Shown here piece after piece: positions 50,046 to 59,905 of a stretch of 64,000 nt of DNA. The notes under the pieces are model-generated. The model did no database searches and had not been told where the DNA came from. It saw only the letters and a list, made by a program, of their open reading frames with translations. Origin of the DNA: Ruminococcus sp. CAG:488 (GTDB taxonomy: Bacteria; Bacillota; Clostridia; Oscillospirales; Acutalibacteraceae); assembly GCA_000434055.1 (NCBI GenBank), contig HF999647.1:48251-112250 (forward strand), given 5' to 3'. Each line of letters begins with the position of its first letter. Positions within the stretch are counted from its first letter, which is position 1. The translations under genes were made by a program, and so were the position numbers.

Positions 50046-51782
50046 TTGAAAATGCAGGAACTGGATGTCGGCAAGAATATATATTATAATGAATCAGGTC
50101 CCTCGCTTGATATGGGTCGATTAGCGAAAAATCTCATATCAAAGCTTTGGATTATATTGCTTGTCGGTGCTATTTTCTCCGGTGCCGCATTTGCAATTGC
50201 CAAGGCTACTTATGTTGAATCCTACAGATCTTCCATGACATTGGGCTTTATGACGACTCAGTACGTTATTGTTAAGGATTATTCTAACAGCAAGGATTCG
50301 ACGACGCAGTACAAGCAGGAGACAAAGTTTTCCTCGGGCAATCAAATTTCATATTATCAGTATCTTATCAAAGGCGACGAAATGCTTTATAAGATTCAAA
50401 AAACTCTTGCAGAGGACGAGGTCGGAAAGGAATACTCCACCTCATTTATCGAGGGGAGCTTATCAATTGAGGAAACAGGAATAGACGGATTTTTCCAGGT
50501 TAACGTTACAAGTACGGATCAGGGCTATTGCGAAAGAGCCTTGAAGGTCGTTCTTAAAGAGTTCCCCGAATATGTTCAGAGCTATGACAACACAATTTCG
50601 ATAAAGGTTGTCAAAAATCCGACGGCACCGACAATTGCAAACTCTGACGATGCAACGACAAAGGCAATTTACGGCTTTGCTATCGGCGCAGCGATAGTTG
50701 CATTTATTATTTTCATTATAACAATCACAACAAATACGGTTCTTACGCTTGACAATTTAAGACGCGACGTCAATGTTACCGTTCTCGGTTCTGTGCCGTT
50801 GCTGGAGAAAAAATCGGGATTGTTTAATCAGAAGAAAAAATCGCCGCAGGGCTCTCTGCTGATTACGGATACGTCAAAGGTGAGCTTTGCCTTTGTGGAA
50901 AGCTTTAAGGCGATAAGAACAAAAATTGAAAATGTCAAAGCCGAAAAAGGCTACAAGGCATTTGTTGTTACGAGTACCTATGAGGATGAGGGTAAAACGA
51001 CCGTTGCAGTAAATATTGCGTGCTCACTCGCCCAGAAGGGAAAGTCGGTTCTTCTTATCGACAGTGACCTCAGAAAGCCCGCGGTTCTTCATGCCGTCGG
51101 CGTTAAGAGCGACACACGTTACGGTCTTATCCCGATAATCAAGGGAACGTCAACCTATGTTGATTCAATTAAATTTATCAAATCTCTCGGTATTTTCGTA
51201 TTGCCGACGGGAGGTATCTCGCTGAAATCCACCGAGGTTCTTGATACGGATAAGGTTAAGGCGGTTGTTGAGCAGGCTCGCAAGGAGTTTGACTATATTA
51301 TCATTGATTCGCCTCCGGCTCATGTCGTGTCGGATAGCCTTGTTATTGCACCGCTTGCAGACGGAATAATTTATAATATTCGCCGCGACTATGCAAAGGT
51401 TTCGGAAATCAACCGTACTCTTGATGAAATAAGGGGCGCGGATATTGATATCATCGGAGCCGTATTTACAATGAGTGCCGGCGAAGAAAACAGCAGATAT
51501 TATCGTCGTAAGGGTTATCTGCGTTACGGCGGATACTATGGCAGATATGGCAGGTACGGCCGCAAAAAGAAGAACAGCTCCGGCGGCGGATACGGCTACG
51601 GTTACGGCTATGGAAGCGGCTACGGCTATGGCGGATACGGCTACGGCGGCTATGGTTACGGAAACGGCTACGGTTATGGCTACGGCTACGGAAGCGGTTA
51701 CGGCTATGGCGGAGGTTACGGCTATGGAAATACCCCGCAGAACAAAGAACCGGAAAAGGGAAACAAGATAGATAATGAATAA
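50046..51782 (+). CDS. Fused Wzz-type chain-length modulator and BY-family tyrosine kinase (CpsC/CpsD-like) with a roughly 60-residue Gly-Tyr repeat C-terminal tail
   Basis: Two transmembrane segments flank a periplasmic Wzz-like region. The kinase domain has Walker A (EGKTT) and Walker B (IIIDSPP) motifs. The C-terminus is (GYG)n rich, with about 27 Tyr. Confidence 0.8.
   Translation: MKMQELDVGKNIYYNESGPSLDMGRLAKNLISKLWIILLVGAIFSGAAFAIAKATYVESYRSSMTLGFMTTQYVIVKDYSNSKDSTTQYKQETKFSSGNQISYYQYLIKGDEMLYKIQKTLAEDEVGKEYSTSFIEGSLSIEETGIDGFFQVNVTSTDQGYCERALKVVLKEFPEYVQSYDNTISIKVVKNPTAPTIANSDDATTKAIYGFAIGAAIVAFIIFIITITTNTVLTLDNLRRDVNVTVLGSVPLLEKKSGLFNQKKKSPQGSLLITDTSKVSFAFVESFKAIRTKIENVKAEKGYKAFVVTSTYEDEGKTTVAVNIACSLAQKGKSVLLIDSDLRKPAVLHAVGVKSDTRYGLIPIIKGTSTYVDSIKFIKSLGIFVLPTGGISLKSTEVLDTDKVKAVVEQARKEFDYIIIDSPPAHVVSDSLVIAPLADGIIYNIRRDYAKVSEINRTLDEIRGADIDIIGAVFTMSAGEENSRYYRRKGYLRYGGYYGRYGRYGRKKKNSSGGGYGYGYGYGSGYGYGGYGYGGYGYGNGYGYGYGYGSGYGYGGGYGYGNTPQNKEPEKGNKIDNE
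51571..51735 (+). repeat. Imperfect GGCTAY/GGN hexanucleotide tandem repeat encoding the (GYG)n tail
   Basis: About 165 bp of GGCTACGGYTAYGGN units. Confidence 0.8.
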
Positions 51783-51796
51783 ATTTCCGAAAAGAA

Positions 51797-52945
51797 GTGT
51801 ATCAAATGAACAAAAGAATTTATCTTTCCCCACCGTGCATGAACGGAACGGAGATTGAATTTATCAACGAGGCCTTTCAGACAAACTGGATTTCCCCGTT
51901 CGGACCTAATTTGACGGGATTTGAAAAAGAAATGTGTGAATATGTCGGAGCAAAGTACAGCGTTGCGCTTGCTTCAGGTACCGGCGCAATACACATGGGC
52001 TTGAAGTATCTCGGAGTTGAATGCGGCGATATTGTTTTCTGTTCGGACTTCACCTTTTCGGGAAGCTGCAATCCTGTTGCTTACCTCGGAGCCAAGCTTG
52101 TTTTCATTGATTCCGATTACGAGAGCTTCAACATGGATCCCGATGCGCTGAAAATTGCCTTTGAAAAGTATGATGCAATGGGCAAGCTGCCGAAAGCGGT
52201 TATTGTTGTTGATCTTTACGGCAACAGCGCAAACTACGAAAAAATCATTCCGCTTTGCAAAAAATACAATGTTCCTATTCTTGAAGACGCTGCCGAAGCT
52301 CTCGGCACAACCTATAAAGGAAAAAAATGCGGAACATTCGGCAAGGTAAGCGCGCTGTCCTTTAACGGAAATAAAATTGTAACTACCTCCGGCGGCGGAA
52401 TGGCTCTTTCCGATGACCCGGAAGCTATTAAAAAGATACATTTTTGGTCAAATCAGTCCAAGGAAAACGTTAATTACTATCTTCATAATGAAATCGGTTA
52501 TAACTACAGAATGTCCAATATTTGTGCAGGTATCGGCAGGGGACAGCTTAAAAATATGGACGAAAGAATTGCCGCAAGAGTTCGAAATTATGAGTTTTAT
52601 AAAAAGACATTTGCCGATCTTCCGGTGAAAATGGCTCCCGTTCTTGACGGCTGCAAGCCGAATTTTTGGCTTAGCGTTGTGACAATAAACGAGGACTGTG
52701 ATGTTACCCCGGACGAGATAATCAAGGAGCTGGAGGATAACAATATTGAATCAAGACGCGCATGGAATCCGATGCACAACCAGCCTATCTTTTCCGAAAT
52801 GGATTTCATAAGCTGCAAGCAGGGTGAAAGCGTCGGAAATGATATTTTCCGCCGCGGAGTTTGTTTGCCCTCGGGAACGGCAATGACCGAGGAGGATCTT
52901 GAAAGAGTAGCTTCGGTTTTCAGAGGAGCTTTTGAAAATAAATAA
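51797..52945 (+). CDS. DegT/DnrJ/EryC1-family PLP-dependent sugar aminotransferase (likely UDP-4-keto-6-deoxy-HexNAc 4-aminotransferase)
   Basis: 382 aa with an aspartate-aminotransferase fold pattern and a conserved Lys region (SFNGNKIVTT). Confidence 0.85.
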   Translation: MYQMNKRIYLSPPCMNGTEIEFINEAFQTNWISPFGPNLTGFEKEMCEYVGAKYSVALASGTGAIHMGLKYLGVECGDIVFCSDFTFSGSCNPVAYLGAKLVFIDSDYESFNMDPDALKIAFEKYDAMGKLPKAVIVVDLYGNSANYEKIIPLCKKYNVPILEDAAEALGTTYKGKKCGTFGKVSALSFNGNKIVTTSGGGMALSDDPEAIKKIHFWSNQSKENVNYYLHNEIGYNYRMSNICAGIGRGQLKNMDERIAARVRNYEFYKKTFADLPVKMAPVLDGCKPNFWLSVVTINEDCDVTPDEIIKELEDNNIESRRAWNPMHNQPIFSEMDFISCKQGESVGNDIFRRGVCLPSGTAMTEEDLERVASVFRGAFENK

Positions 52946-52954
52946 TAAAAACCC

Positions 52955-52990
52955 GGACAGGCTATCGGTTCAAATAGCCTGTCCTGTTTT
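52955..52990 (+). terminator. Intrinsic terminator closing the polysaccharide locus
   Basis: Stem GGACAGGCTAT, loop, ATAGCCTGTCC, then TGTTTT. Confidence 0.7.
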
Positions 52991-53024
52991 GAGTTTTATA
53001 TAAGTTTGTCACAGAGGTGATATT

Positions 53025-54836
53025 TTGGCAGTAAAAAAAGATCATATAAGAAATTTTTCGATAATAGCGCATATTGACCACGGCAAGTCCACCCTTGCCG
53101 ACCGTCTTCTTGAATTGACGCAGTCCGTTGCGGTTCGTGACATGACCGAGCAGCTCCTTGATGACATGGATCTCGAAAGAGAAAGAGGAATTACAATCAA
53201 GGCGCACGCCGTCAAACTCAACTATACGGCGAAGGACGGCGAGGAATATGAGCTTAATCTGATTGACACCCCGGGTCATGTTGACTTTAACTACGAGGTT
53301 TCACGTTCGCTTGCCGCATGTGAGGGAGCATTGCTTATTGTTGATGCATCGCAGGGAGTTGAGGCGCAGACACTTGCCAACACATATCTTGCGCTTGACC
53401 ATGATCTTGAGATAGTTCCGATAATTAACAAAATTGATCTGCCGGCCGCAGATCCCGACCGTGTCGCGGAGGAGGTTGAGGAGGTTATAGGCCTTGATTG
53501 CTCCGATGCTCCGAGGGTTTCGGCAAAGACAGGTGAAAATGTCGAAGCTGTACTTGAAAAGATAGTTTCCGACATTCCGGCTCCGTTGGCTTCCGACGAC
53601 AGCAAGCCGCTCAGAGCGCTTGTTTTCGATTCGGTTTATGATAATTACAAGGGCGTTATTGTTTATGTGCGTGTTGTTGACGGTAAAATCAAAGCCGGCG
53701 ATACAATGCGAATGATGGCGACCGGGGCGGAATTTACTGTTGTTGAAGTCGGCTACATGAGGGCAACATCAATGGAGCCGGCGCCGGAGCTTACCTCCGG
53801 CGAGGTCGGATATATAACCGCTTCAATCAAAACAGTAGGCGATGCAAGAGTCGGCGATACCGTTACGACTGCGGAATATCCTGCAGAGGAGGCGCTTCCC
53901 GGTTACAGAAAGGTCAACCCGATGGTTTTCTGCGGTGTTTATCCTGCCGACGGAGCAGACTATGAAGCCTTGCGCGATGCTTTGAGCAAGCTTCAGCTTA
54001 ATGATGCTTCACTTTCCTTTGAACCCGAGACCTCCGGCGCATTGGGATTCGGTTTCCGCTGCGGATTTCTCGGACTGCTTCACCTTGAAATTATTCAAGA
54101 ACGTCTGGAGCGTGAATATGACCTTGATCTTGTAACCACGGTTCCGAGTGTTGTTTACAAAATTCACCTGACAGACGGATCGGTTATCGAAATTGACAAC
54201 CCGACAAAATATCCCGATCCTGCGGTTATTGACTATTGCGAAGAGCCGATAACCAACGCAAATATATATGCTCCGAATGAGTTCGTCGGCGCAATTATGG
54301 ATCTTTGCCAGGAACGTCGCGGAGTTTTCAAGAACATGACCTATGTTACTCCGGACCGTGTTGACATTGCATATGACCTTCCGCTGAACGAAATTATATA
54401 CGATTTTTTTGACGTGCTGAAGTCAAGAACAAAAGGCTATGCATCGTTTGATTATGAAATCGAGGGCTATGCCCGATCAAATCTGGTTAAGCTTGATGTG
54501 CTTCTCAACGGCGACATGATTGATGCGCTTTCGTTTATCATTCACAGCGAAAAGGCATACGGCAGAGCAAGAAAAATTGCAGAAAAGCTCAAGGACAATA
54601 TCCCGAGACAGATGTTTGAAATCCCTGTTCAGATTGCCGTCGGGGGCAAGGTTATCGCCCGCGAAACGATCAAGGCAATGCGCAAGGATGTTCTTGCAAA
54701 GTGCTACGGCGGAGATATAACGAGAAAGAAAAAGCTGCTTGAAAAGCAAAAAGAAGGAAAAAAGCGCATGAGACAGTTCGGTACGGTTGAGGTGCCTCAG
54801 GAAGCGTTTATGTCAATTCTGAAACTTGACGAATAA
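53025..54836 (+). CDS. lepA: Elongation factor 4 (LepA)
   Basis: [20 protein letters not shown]-binding motifs. Length 603 aa. Confidence 0.95.
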   Translation: MAVKKDHIRNFSIIAHIDHGKSTLADRLLELTQSVAVRDMTEQLLDDMDLERERGITIKAHAVKLNYTAKDGEEYELNLIDTPGHVDFNYEVSRSLAACEGALLIVDASQGVEAQTLANTYLALDHDLEIVPIINKIDLPAADPDRVAEEVEEVIGLDCSDAPRVSAKTGENVEAVLEKIVSDIPAPLASDDSKPLRALVFDSVYDNYKGVIVYVRVVDGKIKAGDTMRMMATGAEFTVVEVGYMRATSMEPAPELTSGEVGYITASIKTVGDARVGDTVTTAEYPAEEALPGYRKVNPMVFCGVYPADGADYEALRDALSKLQLNDASLSFEPETSGALGFGFRCGFLGLLHLEIIQERLEREYDLDLVTTVPSVVYKIHLTDGSVIEIDNPTKYPDPAVIDYCEEPITNANIYAPNEFVGAIMDLCQERRGVFKNMTYVTPDRVDIAYDLPLNEIIYDFFDVLKSRTKGYASFDYEIEGYARSNLVKLDVLLNGDMIDALSFIIHSEKAYGRARKIAEKLKDNIPRQMFEIPVQIAVGGKVIARETIKAMRKDVLAKCYGGDITRKKKLLEKQKEGKKRMRQFGTVEVPQEAFMSILKLDE

Positions 54837-54867
54837 TTTAATTTGACTAAAAATTTTCAAATAACTG

Positions 54868-54897
54868 TTGCATATTGAATATAATTTGTGCTATAAT
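54868..54897 (+). promoter_or_regulatory. Strong promoter with an extended -10 (TTGCAT, 18-bp spacer, TGcTATAAT)
   Basis: Sequence TTGCATATTGAATATAATTTGTGCTATAAT, about 40 bp upstream of the transporter start and followed by a GGAGG RBS. Confidence 0.5.
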
Positions 54898-54936
54898 GTA
54901 AAAGCAAATTTGTATAAATCAGTAAGGAGGTAAAGC

Positions 54937-56466
54937 ATGGCTGCTGAAACTAAAGAAGTTCAGACCTCTCAGGCAGAGCCGGAGGAGCAGAAGGCTGCCA
55001 AACGTAAGCTGCCAAAGGGCAGACGTTACGTCGGAAGTAGAGAAACTTTCACCTATGTTCTTTTCGATATTGCTCAGAGCTTCAATCTGGATCAGAACAA
55101 GACATATTACCTGACTGACGTTCTTGTCATCTCCTATTGGTGGCAGGCAATCATCAGTGTTGTTGTCAGTATCTGGGATATCGTCAATGATTTGTTTCTT
55201 GCGTCTATTGTTGACCGTACAAACACGAGATTCGGTAAATTCAAACCGTATCTTATTATTTATGCTCTCCCGGGAACAATCATGGCAATGATTTTCTGGG
55301 GTATGCCTGTTATGTTCCCCGAAACCTCGGGTACATATGTGCCGAAGATCGTAACGTATTTTGTGCTGCAAATGCTGCAAAACCTGGCGACCTCGCTTTA
55401 TGAGATTTCAAAAACAGGTATTATTGCAACGATTACACCGGATGTTTTCGACAGAACCCGTCTTATCAACCAGGCGAACCTGTTCTCAAGTCTTGTTGAA
55501 AATATTCCGAACCAGGTATGTACTGTTCTCATTGACCTTGTTAACCACAACAAGCTCAAGATCAAGATGACATCATTGTTTGTTTATATGGGTGTCGGCA
55601 CAGCGCTGTGCGCAGGTATTTTGGCTCTTTTCTTCTCCTTTAAAGTAAAAGAAAGAGTTCTTCAATCGGTCGAAAAACCAACCTTCAAGGGTGCGGTCGG
55701 TTCGCTGTTTAAGTCTCGTCCGCTTATGCTTTTGACTATTTCGGAGTTCCTTGGACAGTTTGCTGTCGGAACCAATATTTCGCTGTATTATATCAGCGTT
55801 TTGAATGCCGGATCGGCAAAGCTGATCGTTGGTATTCCCGGAATGTTTGTTACATACGCTTCATATGCTTATGTTGATAAGCTTCGTGAGAAGTTCTCAA
55901 CGAGAACCTTGTGGGCAATCGGTTCTCACTGGGGTGACTTCCTCTATCTCGGAGTTTACCTGTTCGGCAGCATAAACAAGAACTATAAGAAGACCATTCC
56001 CATGATTGCCGCGTTTATGATTAGAGAAACTCTTTGGAACTTTGTTTACGCTATGCGTAAGGTTGTTCCCGAGGAAATCAGAAACGAAGCCATTGACTAC
56101 GGCGAATGGCAGAACGGCTACCGTACCGAGGCTATGGCGGGTGTTGTTAAGGGACTTGCCAGAAAGCTGGTCGCAACCTTTACCAACGGTTTCAGTTCAG
56201 CTCTTCTCGGTATCATCGGATACAAACAGGGCCTTAAACCAAAGCAGCAGAGTGACAGAACAGAGAGACTCCTGTTCACAATGACTACTCTTCTTCCCGC
56301 GGCAACGGGTCTTATCGGTATTATTCCGAAGCTCTTCTACAACATCGACTCCGAGACAAGAGCGAGAATGTACAAAGAGCTTGCAGAGCGTCGCGCCGAA
56401 ACAGCTAAGGAGCTTAACAAAGCTCACGAGCTTGAAATGGCGGAGGCGTCTGCTGAACAGAAATAA
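54937..56466 (+). CDS. MFS transporter of the glycoside-pentoside-hexuronide (GPH) cation symporter family
   Basis: Signature D-x3-D-x3-G-x3-DRT-x-TRFGKFKPY in loop 2-3 and about 12 transmembrane segments. N- and C-terminal hydrophilic extensions are present. Confidence 0.8.
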   Translation: MAAETKEVQTSQAEPEEQKAAKRKLPKGRRYVGSRETFTYVLFDIAQSFNLDQNKTYYLTDVLVISYWWQAIISVVVSIWDIVNDLFLASIVDRTNTRFGKFKPYLIIYALPGTIMAMIFWGMPVMFPETSGTYVPKIVTYFVLQMLQNLATSLYEISKTGIIATITPDVFDRTRLINQANLFSSLVENIPNQVCTVLIDLVNHNKLKIKMTSLFVYMGVGTALCAGILALFFSFKVKERVLQSVEKPTFKGAVGSLFKSRPLMLLTISEFLGQFAVGTNISLYYISVLNAGSAKLIVGIPGMFVTYASYAYVDKLREKFSTRTLWAIGSHWGDFLYLGVYLFGSINKNYKKTIPMIAAFMIRETLWNFVYAMRKVVPEEIRNEAIDYGEWQNGYRTEAMAGVVKGLARKLVATFTNGFSSALLGIIGYKQGLKPKQQSDRTERLLFTMTTLLPAATGLIGIIPKLFYNIDSETRARMYKELAERRAETAKELNKAHELEMAEASAEQK

Positions 56467-56477
56467 TTTATTAAATC

Positions 56478-56510
56478 AACGGACTGCTCGAAAGAACAGT
56501 CCGTTTTTTT
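56478..56510 (+). terminator. Intrinsic terminator after the GPH transporter
   Basis: Stem AACGGACTG, loop, CAGTCCGTT, then TTTTTT. Confidence 0.7.
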
Positions 56511-56520
56511 CGGAGAAGCC

Positions 56521-57615
56521 ATGAATAATATTGGATTATATCTTCATATCCCTTTTTGCAAAACAAAATGCCCTTATTGTGATTTCTATTCTATGCGAGG
56601 CAACGAATCCGATAAAGATATGTATATGATTTCTCTTGTCGAAAGCATGGAAGCTTGGTCGGACAGGCTTGAAAGAAAAGCCGATACAATTTATATCGGC
56701 GGCGGCACTCCGTCGGTTCTCGGCGGGGCAAACATTGCTATGCTCATACGGCGCGCAAAAAATCTTTTCGGCGTTGACGGAGAAATTACGGTTGAATGTA
56801 ATCCCTCGGCGGTTGAGGAGGATTTTTTTGAAACAGTTGCCGATGCCGGAGTTAACCGAATTTCTCTTGGCGTTCAATCGGTAATCGAAAGCGAAAGAAA
56901 AAAGCTTGGCAGGTTTTCCGACAGAGAACTCATTGAAAAAAGAATCATTCAATGCAAATCGGCAGGAATAGAAAATATTTCACTTGATGTCATGCTCGGC
57001 GTGCAGGAACAGACGCAGAAAAGTCTTAGCGAAACTCTCGATTTTTGCATTGCGTCAGGCGCAAAACACATCAGCGCTTATATGCTGAAAATCGAAGAGG
57101 GAACAACTTATTATAAAAAAAGGGATTCGCTTAATTTGCCTGATGACGATGAGGTTGCCGACATGTATCTTGCAATGAGCGAGAGGCTTCTGTCAAACGG
57201 ATTTGAGCATTACGAGATTTCAAATTTTGCCCGTCAAGGATATGAGGGAAAGCATAATTTGAAATACTGGAATTGCGAGGAATACCTCGGGCTCGGACCG
57301 TCGGCACATTCTTTTATTGACGGAAAAAGATTTTTTTATCCGAGGGATATTAAATATTTTAAAAACGGCGGGGAACCTATTCCCGACGGAAACGGCGGAG
57401 ACGAGGAAGAATATATTATGCTTCGCCTGCGCTTGAAGGACGGAATAATTTTTGAAGATTTTGAAAAGAGATTCGGAAAAGCTTTTCCGCGTGATATAAT
57501 AAAAAAGACGGAAAAGTTTTTAAAAAACGAATTGATGAAATGCGATGAAAAATCAATGGCTCTGACCGAAAAAGGATTTCTTCTTTCAAATTCAATTATT
57601 GCCGAGCTGATATAG
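56521..57615 (+). CDS. hemW: Radical SAM heme chaperone HemW (HemN-like)
   Basis: CxxxCxxC motif (CKTKCPYCDF). 364 aa, in the canonical position after lepA. Confidence 0.9.
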   Translation: MNNIGLYLHIPFCKTKCPYCDFYSMRGNESDKDMYMISLVESMEAWSDRLERKADTIYIGGGTPSVLGGANIAMLIRRAKNLFGVDGEITVECNPSAVEEDFFETVADAGVNRISLGVQSVIESERKKLGRFSDRELIEKRIIQCKSAGIENISLDVMLGVQEQTQKSLSETLDFCIASGAKHISAYMLKIEEGTTYYKKRDSLNLPDDDEVADMYLAMSERLLSNGFEHYEISNFARQGYEGKHNLKYWNCEEYLGLGPSAHSFIDGKRFFYPRDIKYFKNGGEPIPDGNGGDEEEYIMLRLRLKDGIIFEDFEKRFGKAFPRDIIKKTEKFLKNELMKCDEKSMALTEKGFLLSNSIIAELI

Positions 57616-57627
57616 GAGTGAGATAAA

Positions 57628-58677
57628 ATGATTGATGAATTTTTAAAAAAGCTGCCGAAAAATGTTGACGGTGCATTGATAGTTTCGCCTGAAAACAGAC
57701 AGTATTTTACGGGCTTTAACGCATCGGACGGATTCCTTTTTGCAACAAAAAACGGTTCAATTTTCCTGACCGACAGCCGATATATTGAAGCGGCAAAGGA
57801 CAAAATAAATTGCTGCGAAGTCGAGGAACAAAAAAGAGGTCTGGTTGAATATGCCAAACGATTAGGCATCAAAGCCCTTGCTGTCGAGGCGGACAGACTG
57901 ACCGTTACTCAGCTTAAAAATCTGAGAAAAGCTCTTCGCGGAATAAGGATCACGACAGTCGGAACAGATAAAACCATCGACTCGTTCCGAGCGATAAAAA
58001 CCGACGAAGAAATCAAAAATATTTGCAAGGCCCAACGCATTGCAGAAGCGGCACTTGAGCATATTCTCGGCTTTATCAAAGCCGGCGTGACAGAGAAAGA
58101 AATTGCACTGGAACTGGATCATTATATGCTCAGCCACGGTGCACAGGCGCTTTCATTTGAGACAATAGCAGTCAGCGGAGCAAATACGTCAAAGCCGCAC
58201 GGCGTTCCGACCGATAAAAAAATTGAGGACGGCGATTTTGTGACAATGGATTACGGCGCTGTTATTAACGGCTATCATTCGGACATGACAAGGACGGTTG
58301 CGGTCGGCCATATCGGCGACGAGCAGAAAAAAGTCTATGATACCGTATTGAAGGCTCAGCTTGCCTCTCTGGGAGTTTTAAGAAGCAGACTAAAATGCTT
58401 CGACGGCGATAAAGCGGCGAGAGATGTTATAATCGAAGCAGGATACGGAGAATTTTTCCGCCATTCGACGGGGCACGGTGTCGGCATTGAAATCCATGAA
58501 AAGCCGAACCTTTCTCCGAAGTCGGCAGCAACGCTTCATTCGGGCAATATCGTGACGGTTGAGCCCGGTATTTATATCCCCGGGAAATTCGGCGTCAGAA
58601 TCGAGGATATGGCCCTGATTACCGAAAACGGCTGCAAAAACCTTACAAATGCACCGAAAGAGCTTGTAATTTTGTAA
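57628..58677 (+). CDS. M24-family Xaa-Pro aminopeptidase/dipeptidase
   Basis: Creatinase N-terminal domain plus a pita-bread domain with the metal ligands HGVGIEIHE. Located upstream of efp as in many Firmicutes. Confidence 0.85.
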   Translation: MIDEFLKKLPKNVDGALIVSPENRQYFTGFNASDGFLFATKNGSIFLTDSRYIEAAKDKINCCEVEEQKRGLVEYAKRLGIKALAVEADRLTVTQLKNLRKALRGIRITTVGTDKTIDSFRAIKTDEEIKNICKAQRIAEAALEHILGFIKAGVTEKEIALELDHYMLSHGAQALSFETIAVSGANTSKPHGVPTDKKIEDGDFVTMDYGAVINGYHSDMTRTVAVGHIGDEQKKVYDTVLKAQLASLGVLRSRLKCFDGDKAARDVIIEAGYGEFFRHSTGHGVGIEIHEKPNLSPKSAATLHSGNIVTVEPGIYIPGKFGVRIEDMALITENGCKNLTNAPKELVIL

Positions 58678-58814
58678 AAAAATAAGTGTGCTATAATGCT
58701 TTTTAGCTGAAAAGACTTGAAAAATACGCGATAATAGTATAAAATAATAGAGATAAAATACGAGTAGGTGTTTGACCTATTCATAACGAATAAAATAAAT
58801 CGGAGGAATAACAC

Positions 58815-59372
58815 ATGATTTCAGCAGGTGATTTCAGAAACGGTATGACATTTGAGGAGGACGGCAACGTACTTCAGGTTGTTGAATTCCAGCATGTTAA
58901 GCCGGGTAAGGGCGCAGCTTTCGTCAGAACAAAGACAAAGAATGTTCTCACCGGTTCCGTAGTTGAAAAGAGCTACAACCCGACAGCTAAATTCCCGACA
59001 GCCTTTATCGAGAGAAAGGACATGGAATATTCATACAACGACGGAGATCTTTATTACTTCATGGATCCGGAGTCATATGAGCTTGTTCCTATCAATGCTT
59101 CTGATCTTTCCGATAACTTTAAGTTTGTTAAGGACGGCATGGTTTGCAAGATTCTTTCCTACAAGGGCAAGGTTTTCGGCGTTGAACCGCCGACATTCGT
59201 TGAGCTTGAGATTGCAAAGACAGATCCGGGCTTCGCAGGCAACACGGCTACAAACGCTACAAAGCCGGCAACTCTTGAGACCGGTGCAGAGATCAAGGTT
59301 CCGCTCTTTATCAACGAGGGTGAGAAGGTTCAGATTGACACCCGTACAGGCGAGTATCTCGGCAGAGCATAA
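58815..59372 (+). CDS. efp: Elongation factor P
   Basis: 185 aa with the [16 protein letters not shown] beta-lysylation loop region. Confidence 0.95.
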   Translation: MISAGDFRNGMTFEEDGNVLQVVEFQHVKPGKGAAFVRTKTKNVLTGSVVEKSYNPTAKFPTAFIERKDMEYSYNDGDLYYFMDPESYELVPINASDLSDNFKFVKDGMVCKILSYKGKVFGVEPPTFVELEIAKTDPGFAGNTATNATKPATLETGAEIKVPLFINEGEKVQIDTRTGEYLGRA

Positions 59373-59408
59373 GCAATTTATTTACCCTAAAAGAAAGGAT
59401 GATTCACA

Positions 59409-59843
59409 ATGATGACAGTTACCGAAAAAGCAGCATATCTCAAGGGTCTTGTTGAGATGGCTCATTTTGACGCAGATACAGATGAAGTTAAAATCATCAA
59501 GGCAATGGTTGACGCTATTGATGAGATGGCTCTCACAATTGCAGATCTCGAGGACGAGGTCGCAGCTCTCACAGAGGTTGTTGATGAGATCGATGAGGAT
59601 CTCGGCGACGTTGAGGAGTGCATCTACGACGATTATTGCGACGATGACGACTGCTGCTGTGACGATGATTGTTGCTGCGGCGATCATGACGACAGCGACT
59701 ATTTTGAGGTTGAGTGCCCCGCTTGCGGCGAGACAATCTGCCTTGATGAGAGTGTTCTTGATGAAGAATCAATTCAGTGCCCCGCTTGCGGCGAGACTCT
59801 TGAGTTCGATTTTGACGACGAGGACGACGGCGACGACAAATAA
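59409..59843 (+). CDS. Acidic protein with paired CPACGET zinc-ribbon motifs and a Cys/Asp-rich low-complexity segment
   Basis: Acidic residues make up more than 30% of the protein. It contains DDYCDDDDCCCDDDCCCGDHDD and two ECPACGET...CPACGET knuckles. A good RBS is present. Confidence 0.55.
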   Translation: MMTVTEKAAYLKGLVEMAHFDADTDEVKIIKAMVDAIDEMALTIADLEDEVAALTEVVDEIDEDLGDVEECIYDDYCDDDDCCCDDDCCCGDHDDSDYFEVECPACGETICLDESVLDEESIQCPACGETLEFDFDDEDDGDDK

Positions 59844-59905
59844 TCATTTTTAAAAACGGGGGTGACCTTGGGCGAAAATTCGTTTCCTCGGTTGCCCCTT
59901 TTCTT

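Noticed and set aside
51165-51833. Minus-strand 222-aa ORF and + strand ORF 51475..51771 (Ala/Thr/Val-rich) overlapping the BY-kinase tail
   Set aside because: Artefacts of the GGCTAC/GGN tandem repeat read in other frames. They are low complexity and fully contained in a well-supported gene.
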